64,000 nucleotides of DNA, taken from NCBI RefSeq assembly GCF_017794965.1, contig NZ_CP051240.1:811002-875001 (forward strand). Reading direction: 5' to 3'. This document shows, one piece after another, positions 57,580 to 64,000 of the stretch. The translations under genes were made by a program, and so were the position numbers. The notes below the pieces were generated by a model. The model had not been told where the DNA came from, ran no database searches, and was given only the letters and a program-made list of their open reading frames with translations. Each line of letters opens with the position of its first letter. The first letter of the stretch is position 1. Origin of the DNA: Alcanivorax sp. GTDB lineage: Bacteria > Pseudomonadota > Gammaproteobacteria > Pseudomonadales > Alcanivoracaceae.

Positions 57580-58398
57580 TTAATGTCCTTGCTGGTGGAA
57601 CCAGGGATAGCGCCATTGCGAATAGCGGCTAAGCATGAAGTCGATGGCAAACGCCAGCAGAGTGATCCACACCACGTAGGGCAAGATCACGTCCATGGAC
57701 AGGTACCGCCGGACCAGGAAGATCCGGTAGCCCAGCCCTTCGGTGGCTGCGATAGCTTCGGCGGCAATCAGGAACAACCAGGCCGGGCCCAGCGACAGTC
57801 GCACGGCGCTGATCAGTCGCGGCATTATCTGCGGCCACACCAGACGAGTGACGATCTGCCAGGTATTGGCGCCCAGGGTCTGCAGCTTGATGATCTGCTC
57901 GGCGGGGATTTCCATGGCTCGCTGTTGCAGGTCGCGAATCATGAAGGGGGTAATACCAATAATGATCAGCATGACCTTGGCCAGTTCCCCCAGTCCGAAG
58001 ATGATGAACAACACGGGCAGAATCGCCATGGGGGGCACCAGCGAGAGCCCGGTGACCAATGGGGAAAAGGTGGAACGAATCAGCGGAATGGTGCCGTTGC
58101 CGATGCCCACCACCACCGCGATCAATGCACTGATGGCCACACCAATGGCAAGCCGTTGCAGGCTGGCCAGTGTGTCAGCCCACAAAAGGTAATCGCCGCT
58201 GCGCTTGCTGGGTTCGAAGGCCATGCGGTCGATGGCTTGAACGAAACTGTCCAGGGCGGGCAGCAACTTGTCGTTGGGGTTCTCTGCCAGTCGTGCGTCG
58301 GACGCCACCATGTAGGCGATGATCAGCAGCAGGAAGGGCAAGAGTCCCAACGCCCAGTTCATGGCATTGCCGGGGCGACGGTTGATCAGTTTCTTCAT
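57580..58398 (-). CDS. ABC transporter permease (NitT/TauT family)
   Basis: 272 aa, 6 TM segments, with an EAA-like loop. Confidence 0.9.
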   Translation of the reverse strand: MKKLINRRPGNAMNWALGLLPFLLLIIAYMVASDARLAENPNDKLLPALDSFVQAIDRMAFEPSKRSGDYLLWADTLASLQRLAIGVAISALIAVVVGIGNGTIPLIRSTFSPLVTGLSLVPPMAILPVLFIIFGLGELAKVMLIIIGITPFMIRDLQQRAMEIPAEQIIKLQTLGANTWQIVTRLVWPQIMPRLISAVRLSLGPAWLFLIAAEAIAATEGLGYRIFLVRRYLSMDVILPYVVWITLLAFAIDFMLSRYSQWRYPWFHQQGH

Positions 58399-58450
58399 GG
58401 CAATTCCCGGTTGATTTAGAGACTGGATGCCTGACGCCAGCCGCTAAGCA

Positions 58451-58485
58451 GCGTCAAGCGTCGGGCATCTGGCGTCAGGCGTTCA
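58451..58485. repeat. 7-nt periodic array, 5 units
   Basis: gcgtcaa gcgtcgg gcatctg gcgtcag gcgttca. The last unit supplies the stop (58483-58485) of the binding-protein gene. Confidence 0.8.
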
Positions 58486-59547
58486 GAGCTTTCCTTCCGC
58501 GGCCATGGCCATGTAGTCAGGGATAAAGCGCAGCTGCACATTGCCTTCGCTGCCGAATACGCCGGCTGGCGTTTCGATACCCACAAAACCGGCATCCGGT
58601 GCGCCTTCACCGAGCAGGCCATGGTCAAAGGAGAATTCGGCCACTTTCTGCATGGTGTCTTTCAGCTCTGCACTATTGACGAATTCCACGGCTTCGCTGG
58701 CGTTGTAGAACATGCGGGTGGAGGCAAGCTGGGCTTCGTAACCGGCCAGATCAGTACCGGAGGCCTTGGCCATGAAAGTGCGGGCCGCCTTGCCGGCTTC
58801 ATCGTCGGCGGACATGGTGGCCATGATTTCGTACCAGGCGCCGGTGAGCGCCTTGCCGAAGTCCGGGTTGGCGTTCAGGGTCTCGGTGTTGACCACCATC
58901 AGATCGATGATTTCACCGGGGATCTTGGAAGAGTCGAACACCTTGTGGCTGTCCGGCATGGCGGTGATTTCGCTCAGCAGCGGGTTCCAGGTGGCCACTG
59001 CGGTCACGTCATCGGTGGTGTAGGCAGACACCATGTCAGCATCAGAGGTGTTCACCACGGTCAGGTCTTTTTCGCTCAGCCCTACTGTGTCGAGAGCCCG
59101 TGCCAGCAGATAGTGAGAGACAGACAACTCGACCAGGTTCACATTCTGGCCCTTGATGTCAGCCAGCTTGTCGGTGCCCTTGAGGACCACACCATCGTTG
59201 CCGTTGGAGAAGTCCCCTACGATCAGGGCGGTGGAATCTACCCCACCGGCGGCGGGAATGGTCAGCGCATCCATGTTGGTCATGGCGCAGCCGTCATAGG
59301 CGCCGGCAGTGTACTGATTGATGGATTCCACGTAGTCGTTGATTTGCACTACGTCGATGTCGATATCGTATTTGTCGGCCCATTTATCGACGATCTCTTG
59401 CTGGGCGCCATAGTCCCATGGCATCCAGCCCACATAGATGGACCAGCAAACGCTGAATGAATCCTTGGCCATAACGGTGGCCGGGGTGAGGGCGGCAAAC
59501 AGGGAAAGTGCTGCGGCGGCAGCGGTTTTGCGTACGGAATGGGTCAT
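58483..59547 (-). CDS. ABC transporter periplasmic substrate-binding protein (NMT1/NitT-TauT type)
   Basis: Signal peptide, 354 aa, with AAGGAGG SD upstream. It is the first gene after the riboswitch. Confidence 0.85.
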   Translation of the reverse strand: MTHSVRKTAAAAALSLFAALTPATVMAKDSFSVCWSIYVGWMPWDYGAQQEIVDKWADKYDIDIDVVQINDYVESINQYTAGAYDGCAMTNMDALTIPAAGGVDSTALIVGDFSNGNDGVVLKGTDKLADIKGQNVNLVELSVSHYLLARALDTVGLSEKDLTVVNTSDADMVSAYTTDDVTAVATWNPLLSEITAMPDSHKVFDSSKIPGEIIDLMVVNTETLNANPDFGKALTGAWYEIMATMSADDEAGKAARTFMAKASGTDLAGYEAQLASTRMFYNASEAVEFVNSAELKDTMQKVAEFSFDHGLLGEGAPDAGFVGIETPAGVFGSEGNVQLRFIPDYMAMAAEGKL

Positions 59548-59603
59548 CTCGGACCTCCTTGGCTACGGACGGAGAGGAATCCAATGACACTGCTGTCATC
59601 GTG

Positions 59604-59710
59604 CTCTCCCGGGCTTTTGTCCCGCCGTGTAACCTTCTGCCAAGCAAGTCAGACAAGGTCGCCAGCTCTCGGACCAGACATCTTCAGGACGAAGACCGGA
59701 ACCCTAGCTG
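59604..59710 (-). promoter_or_regulatory. Guanidine-I riboswitch (ykkC-yxkD motif) aptamer
   Basis: The minus strand reads ...CUAGGGUUCCGG...CUGGUCCGAGAG...ACACGGCGGGACAAAAGCCCGGGAGA..., matching the conserved ykkC blocks from memory. It is followed by 55 nt and then the SD/ATG of the transporter. Confidence 0.85.
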
Positions 59711-59915
59711 CCTATTTCGCAAATTGTGTTGAGTGCGTGATGGCATGCAAGCCATTCGATTCCTCGACAGGAATTCTGCAAGCCAGATGCCAACTTTGAC
59801 AAAGTGGGAGAAAACAAGGAGTTGGGAGTGTGGGCGGAAGTGTCAGGGCGCGAAAGTACAATAAAACGCATTGCATTGGGGCGCTGCGTACTGAGGCGCC
59901 CCAATGCGGTGCATA

Positions 59916-60689
59916 TCAGTCCGTCATGAAATTCATCAGGGCGTCCCAACTGGTCAGATCAGCATGGGCATCGTAGCCCAGCGGCAACTCGAAGCGTTTG
60001 GCTACGGCATCCGCGCCGGGATTGGTGAAGCTGTGCTGGACCCCCGGGAAGCTGAGCAGGCGCAGATCTACGCCGGCAGTGGTCATCTCGGAAACAAACC
60101 CGGTGACCTGCTCGGCGGGCACCATGGGGTCAGCCTGGCCAGTGGCCACCAAAACCTTGGCCTTGATGTCTCCCGCTTGCGCCGGCGAGTCCGTTCCCAG
60201 AGAGCCGTGGAAGCTGGCCACACCGGCCAGATCCACGCCCCGACGGGCCTGGTTCAGCACCACCGCACCACCAAAGCAGTAACCAATCGCGTAGATCCGT
60301 TTGGCATCCACCTGCTGCTGTTTGAGCAGCATCTGGCGGGCCGCTTCGAAGCGGGCATTCATCTTTTCCGGCTCCGCCAGTGCGGCTTCCATGAAGGCGG
60401 TGGCATCTTTGGGATGGGTGGCTACTTTGCCAGTGCCGTACATGTCCACGGCCAGGGCAACAAAGCCTTCCTTGGCCAGCATGCGGGCGCGATTGCGGGC
60501 ATATTCGTTCAATCCCCACCATTCGTGTACCACGATGACGCCGGCAGAAGGTTCCTTCTGCTTTTCGTTCAGGTACATGACACCGGTGCCCAGCCCGTCG
60601 GGCAGGGTGACTTCTGTTTCGATGATCTCGGCAGCGTAGGCGCTTTGGCCCATGACCAGAAACAGGATAAACAGGCCAAGCCGTTTCAT
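59916..60689 (-). CDS. Dienelactone hydrolase family protein (secreted)
   Basis: Signal peptide. VVHEWWGLN and GYCFGG nucleophile motifs. Confidence 0.85.
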   Translation of the reverse strand: MKRLGLFILFLVMGQSAYAAEIIETEVTLPDGLGTGVMYLNEKQKEPSAGVIVVHEWWGLNEYARNRARMLAKEGFVALAVDMYGTGKVATHPKDATAFMEAALAEPEKMNARFEAARQMLLKQQQVDAKRIYAIGYCFGGAVVLNQARRGVDLAGVASFHGSLGTDSPAQAGDIKAKVLVATGQADPMVPAEQVTGFVSEMTTAGVDLRLLSFPGVQHSFTNPGADAVAKRFELPLGYDAHADLTSWDALMNFMTD

Positions 60690-60729
60690 TGCTTTTCCTC
60701 TCGGTGATTAAGTGTTTTCGGGGTTGTGC

Positions 60730-60757
60730 GCGTCACGCATCAGGCGGCCGGCGGCAA
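60730..60757. repeat. 7-nt periodic array, 4 units
   Basis: gcgtcac gcatcag gcggccg gcggcaa. Ends 2 nt from the stop at 60760-60762. Confidence 0.75.
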
Positions 60758-60759
60758 CC

Positions 60760-61074
60760 TCATTCCTGCCATACCCAGCGCAGCGGTTCGCCAAAGTCGT
60801 CATACAGCAGTTTGCGCTGGGGGCGGGCGTTGAGACGTTGGCGTTTGGGTTTGTGCTTGCGGGCATCAATGGTGGCCGCCACCTGGCTGAGGTCGGTGCG
60901 GCCTGGCTGGCGAGGGCCATTGAACAGCACGGTCTGGTGACCCTTGCCACTGACCGCATCGGCGCCACTGACGCCACTGGGGACTTCCTCGATGGATCCA
61001 CCTTTCTCCAGAAAGCGTTGCATATCACGCTCCAGGCGATGACGTTGCTGCTCTTTGCTGTTGAGAACCTTCAC
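60760..61074 (-). CDS. Small protein with SutA-like central motif (putative RNAP-associated regulator)
   Basis: GTG start, 104 aa. ERDMQRFLEKGGSIEEVPSG resembles the SutA segment ...AMEEFLSRGGKVQEI... (from memory). Confidence 0.4.
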   Translation of the reverse strand: MKVLNSKEQQRHRLERDMQRFLEKGGSIEEVPSGVSGADAVSGKGHQTVLFNGPRQPGRTDLSQVAATIDARKHKPKRQRLNARPQRKLLYDDFGEPLRWVWQE

Positions 61075-61134
61075 CGGAACTGACCCCAGGTTGAAAGTGG
61101 AACCATCGACAATAGCAGCCTGCGGGCAGGGCTT

Positions 61135-61698
61135 CTACTGCCCGTGGGTGGGAGTTTGTAACGCTGCCTTGATCGCGTCTTCCAGGGCGCCACCCAGCGG
61201 TTTCTCTGCTGCGGGGAAATGCTGGATCGACTGGCCGTCGGCGGAAACCAGGAATTTGTTGAAGTTCCAGCCCGGTGCCTCGGTGGCTTCCGCCAGTGCC
61301 CGGAATACCGGGTTGGCCTCTGTCCCCTTCACCTTGCTGGTGGCCGCCATGGGGAAGGTGACGCCGTAATTGATATAGCAGACCTTGGCGGTGTCCGCTT
61401 CATCATCCAGTTCCTGACGGAAGTCATCGGACGGAAAACCAATGATCACCAGTCCCTGATCCTTGTAGCGCTGGTAGAGATTTTCCAGGCCCTTGAACTG
61501 GCCAGTGTAGCCACAGCGGCTGGCGGTATTCACCACCAGCGTCGTGTGCCCCCGGGTCAAGTCACACAGATCCAGCTCGGCTTTGGAGTGCAGCTTGCGC
61601 ACCTGGGTATCGAACAGGGCCGGGCAATCACTGGCCATGGCCGGCAAGGTAATGGCCAGGGGCAGGATTAGCAGTATCGCTTTCAGGGTGCGAATCAC
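61135..61698 (-). CDS. Glutathione peroxidase (Cys-type), secreted
   Basis: Signal peptide. VVNTASRCGYT, and a further segment FPSDDFRQE. Confidence 0.9.
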   Translation of the reverse strand: MIRTLKAILLILPLAITLPAMASDCPALFDTQVRKLHSKAELDLCDLTRGHTTLVVNTASRCGYTGQFKGLENLYQRYKDQGLVIIGFPSDDFRQELDDEADTAKVCYINYGVTFPMAATSKVKGTEANPVFRALAEATEAPGWNFNKFLVSADGQSIQHFPAAEKPLGGALEDAIKAALQTPTHGQ

Positions 61699-61761
61699 AA
61701 TGACGCTCCTTTGATGGCAGAACCTGACTATTCCTCCGGCCCGGTCAACAGGGCGCGAAGA

Positions 61762-62130
61762 TCAACGCCCCTTGGGCTTGAGTGCCTCGCCGTCGAACTT
61801 TACGTCGGCCAGGGTGTGGCGCATGAAAGTGCGGATATTGGCGTGATCATCGCCTTCCGGATTGCTCAGCACATGGTCACGGAAGAAATGGCCAAAGCAG
61901 GCCAGGGTCTGCTCATCGTTGAGCTGGTGCAGCTTGGCGAAGGCGAAGATCTTGCAGGAGCCCTCATTGGTACCCGCCTCATTCACCACCATGTCCTCGC
62001 CGCTGCCGTTGGTGAACCGGGTCGGGGTGTAGTCATAGTGTTCTGCGATGACTTCCTGTACCTGCTCAAAGGCAACCACTTCGGGCATCAGATTCAGGGC
62101 AAACAGCAGGGTTTCGACGGAATTGCTCAT
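61762..62130 (-). CDS. HopJ type III effector family protein
   Basis: ORF trimmed to ATG 62130. FTNGSGEDMVVNEAGTNEGSCKIFAFAKLH and DHANIRTF are typical of HopJ/PF08888. Confidence 0.75.
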   Translation of the reverse strand: MSNSVETLLFALNLMPEVVAFEQVQEVIAEHYDYTPTRFTNGSGEDMVVNEAGTNEGSCKIFAFAKLHQLNDEQTLACFGHFFRDHVLSNPEGDDHANIRTFMRHTLADVKFDGEALKPKGR

Positions 62131-62217
62131 GAGGTGGATCCTGTTCCGGTGTTGGTCGTCTGGACAAGCGCTGAAGGGTAGCGCCAACACCGGAGCAGGG
62201 GAAGGCCAAAGCGCCGA

Positions 62218-62610
62218 TTACCGGGTGGCGGCCGCGGCCTCTGGCAGCCTTTCCGCGCCCAGCGGGTTGCAGTTTTTCAGGACCACCTTGCCCTGCAGCA
62301 TATTGCCGCGGGAATACTCGCGGAAGATGCAGTCACCGGTTTCCGGGTCATAGTCCTCGATCCACAGGTTGTCTTCCTTCCAGGTGGCGTTGAGGTGGTA
62401 GTGGCCTTCAGGAATGGTAATGCTCATGGTGCCGCCAAAGCGCTTCACGAACACCTGCTGCAGCCAGAAATAATAGGCCAGGGTGGCGACCAGCCAGATG
62501 ATGGCGGCAACAATGATCGCTGGCTTCCATTTCTCCATGCGCACGCCAATGCCGAACAGGGCACCAATCACCAGAGCTGCGACCAAAAACCAGTAGAGGT
62601 AGGTAACCAT
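62218..62610 (-). CDS. Hypothetical membrane protein (2 TM + soluble C-domain)
   Basis: 130 aa, with AAGGATG-type SD upstream. No motif recognised. Confidence 0.55.
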   Translation of the reverse strand: MVTYLYWFLVAALVIGALFGIGVRMEKWKPAIIVAAIIWLVATLAYYFWLQQVFVKRFGGTMSITIPEGHYHLNATWKEDNLWIEDYDPETGDCIFREYSRGNMLQGKVVLKNCNPLGAERLPEAAAATR

Positions 62611-62678
62611 ATTTTCATCCTTGTTGTCTGAATTAGCTCTGGCATCATAGCAATGATTTCAAAGGCAGATGTAAAAGC

Positions 62679-63017
62679 ATGCAACAGTGGTGGGTGTACA
62701 TGGTGAGGTGTGCGGACCGGTCTCTTTATACCGGTATCTGTACCGAGCCGGCTCGCCGCTTTTACGAGCATAATCACAGCCCGAAAGGCGCACGATATAC
62801 CCGGGTGCGGCGTCCGGTGGTGCCGATATTACTGGTGCCCGGTGGCGATCGTTCAACGGCCAGCCAGCTGGAAGCTGGTTTGAAACGGCTGAGCCGGGCC
62901 AACAAGGACAAATTGCTGGCGGCGCTGCGAGAAGAAAAACGTCGGCAACCGCTGTCAATCTGGCTGGAAGATTCCGAATACATTAATGGAGAACAAGGTA
63001 ATGACACTGTGGCGTAG
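62679..63017 (+). CDS. GIY-YIG nuclease superfamily protein (YhbQ-like)
   Basis: WWVYMVRCADRSLYTGICTEPARRFYEHN...GARYTR. Confidence 0.8.
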   Translation: MQQWWVYMVRCADRSLYTGICTEPARRFYEHNHSPKGARYTRVRRPVVPILLVPGGDRSTASQLEAGLKRLSRANKDKLLAALREEKRRQPLSIWLEDSEYINGEQGNDTVA

Positions 63018-63591
63018 TTTTGTGCTGGTAATGCTGGCGGGCTGGTTGAGTGGCTGCGGGATCAATAATATCCCCACCTACGACGAGCAGGTAAAAGCCG
63101 CCTGGAGCCAGGTGGAAAACCAGTATCAGCGCCGTGCAGACCTGATTCCCAATCTGGTCAATACCGTGAAGGGGTATGCCGCCCACGAGCAGGAAGTACT
63201 GGTAGATGTGACCGAAGCCCGTGCCAAGGTGGGTTCCATCCAGGTGGATGGCAACATGCTGGATAACCCGGAAAAGTTGCAGCAGTTCGAGCAGGCCCAG
63301 CGCCAGCTCGGTTCCGCCCTGCAACGCCTGATGGTAGTGGCAGAGCGTTACCCGGATCTGAAGGCCAACCAGAATTTTCTGGCCCTGCAATCCCAGCTGG
63401 AAGGCACCGAAAACCGCATCAGCGTGGCGCGCCGGGATTACATCGCCGCCGTGCAGCAGTACAACACCGAAATTCGTACCTTCCCGGGCCGCCTCTGGCA
63501 CAGCTTCCTGTATAGCGAGATGGAAGTGCGTGACACCTATGAAGCCACGTCGGAAGGGGCCGACGAGGCGCCGGCTGTCAGCTTCGAATGA
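63001..63591 (+). CDS. lemA: LemA family lipoprotein
   Basis: ORF 62986 trimmed to ATG 63001, with GGAGA 8 nt upstream. Lipobox LSGC. YDEQVKAAWSQVENQYQRRADLIPNLV. Confidence 0.9.
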   Translation: MTLWRSFVLVMLAGWLSGCGINNIPTYDEQVKAAWSQVENQYQRRADLIPNLVNTVKGYAAHEQEVLVDVTEARAKVGSIQVDGNMLDNPEKLQQFEQAQRQLGSALQRLMVVAERYPDLKANQNFLALQSQLEGTENRISVARRDYIAAVQQYNTEIRTFPGRLWHSFLYSEMEVRDTYEATSEGADEAPAVSFE

Positions 63592-64000
63592 TGCGCTTTC
63601 TGATACTGGCCCTGTTGTTGCTGGCGCGGCCCCTGTGGGCGGCGCCTGATTTCCCTGAGCTGACCGGCCGGGTGGTGGACCAGGCCGGTCTGCTGACGCC
63701 GGCCCAGGTGCAGAGCCTGAGTGGCACGCTTGCCTCGGCGGAGCAGAATACGTCCAATCAGGTGGTGGTGGTTACCCTGTCCGATCTGCAGGGGTATGAC
63801 ATTGCCGACTACGGTTACCAGCTGGGCCGTCACTGGGGTATTGGCAGCAAGGATAACGACAACGGCGTGTTGCTGATCGTCGCGCCCAACGACCGCAAGG
63901 TGCGCATCGAGGTGGGTTATGGTCTGGAAGGGGCGCTCACCGATGCCCTGTCCAGCATCATTATCCAGCAGGAAATCCTTCCCGCGTTCCGTCAGGGGCA
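63588..64000 (+). CDS. TPM-domain (YgcG-like) protein, N-terminal part; continues beyond the right edge
   Basis: Not in the ORF track because it is truncated. The ATG overlaps the lemA stop (ATGA). My translation: MMRFLILALLLLARPLWAAPDFPELTGRVVDQAGLL...NQVVVVTL...GVLLIVAPNDRKVRIEVGYGLEG. Confidence 0.8.
   Translation, partial: MMRFLILALLLLARPLWAAPDFPELTGRVVDQAGLLTPAQVQSLSGTLASAEQNTSNQVVVVTLSDLQGYDIADYGYQLGRHWGIGSKDNDNGVLLIVAPNDRKVRIEVGYGLEGALTDALSSIIIQQEILPAFRQG

Noticed and set aside
61135-61698. Selenocysteine in the glutathione peroxidase
   Set aside because: The active site reads ASRCGYT with an ordinary Cys codon. The ORF is uninterrupted by TGA.
1-64000. Defence island, prophage, toxin-antitoxin pair or secondary-metabolite cluster
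   Set aside because: I found no integrase other than the IS110 recombinase. There are no phage structural genes, cas genes, restriction-modification genes or recognisable TA pairs. The PIN-PhoH and GIY-YIG genes are widespread housekeeping-type singletons here.

Overview
64-kb, about 60% GC chromosomal segment that looks like a marine gammaproteobacterium (Oceanospirillales/Alcanivorax-like; this is inference from gene content only). It is mostly core metabolism and envelope genes. In order: ybeZ(phoH-like) and miaB; copper chaperones SCO1 and PCuAC; porins and lipoproteins; a PIN-PhoH ATPase; ompW; rhlB-glpE; a lipid-related cluster (START, PlsC, SDR, DUF938); a BNR/sialidase-like gene; an SSS transporter; LemA with an M48 protease; one IS110-family insertion; a complete aa3 cytochrome c oxidase locus (coxB-coxA-ctaG-coxC) with a divergent assembly cluster (SURF1, SCO-like, COX15, cyoE); rapA; a large di-haem peroxidase/FG-GAP/ASPIC fusion lipoprotein; a guanidine-I (ykkC) riboswitch in front of an ABC transporter, two DUF1989 genes and a urea/guanidine carboxylase; then DLH, GPx, HopJ, GIY-YIG and LemA-TPM. 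I found no CRISPR array, tRNA/rRNA, prophage or recognisable defence island. The most unusual content is non-coding. (1) About 19 arrays with strict 7-nt periodicity sit at or on stop codons, and the same units recur at unlinked loci. (2) A ~250-bp long-hairpin element with a built-in bidirectional terminator occurs in three convergent intergenic regions. (3) 222-bp direct repeats bracket a 3-gene envelope block. (4) There is an IS5-like MITE with CTAG duplications. (5) The IS110 element sits in a REP palindrome and its non-coding end carries guide-like matches to its own end and to the target. All family assignments are from motif recognition by eye and memory, not from searches.
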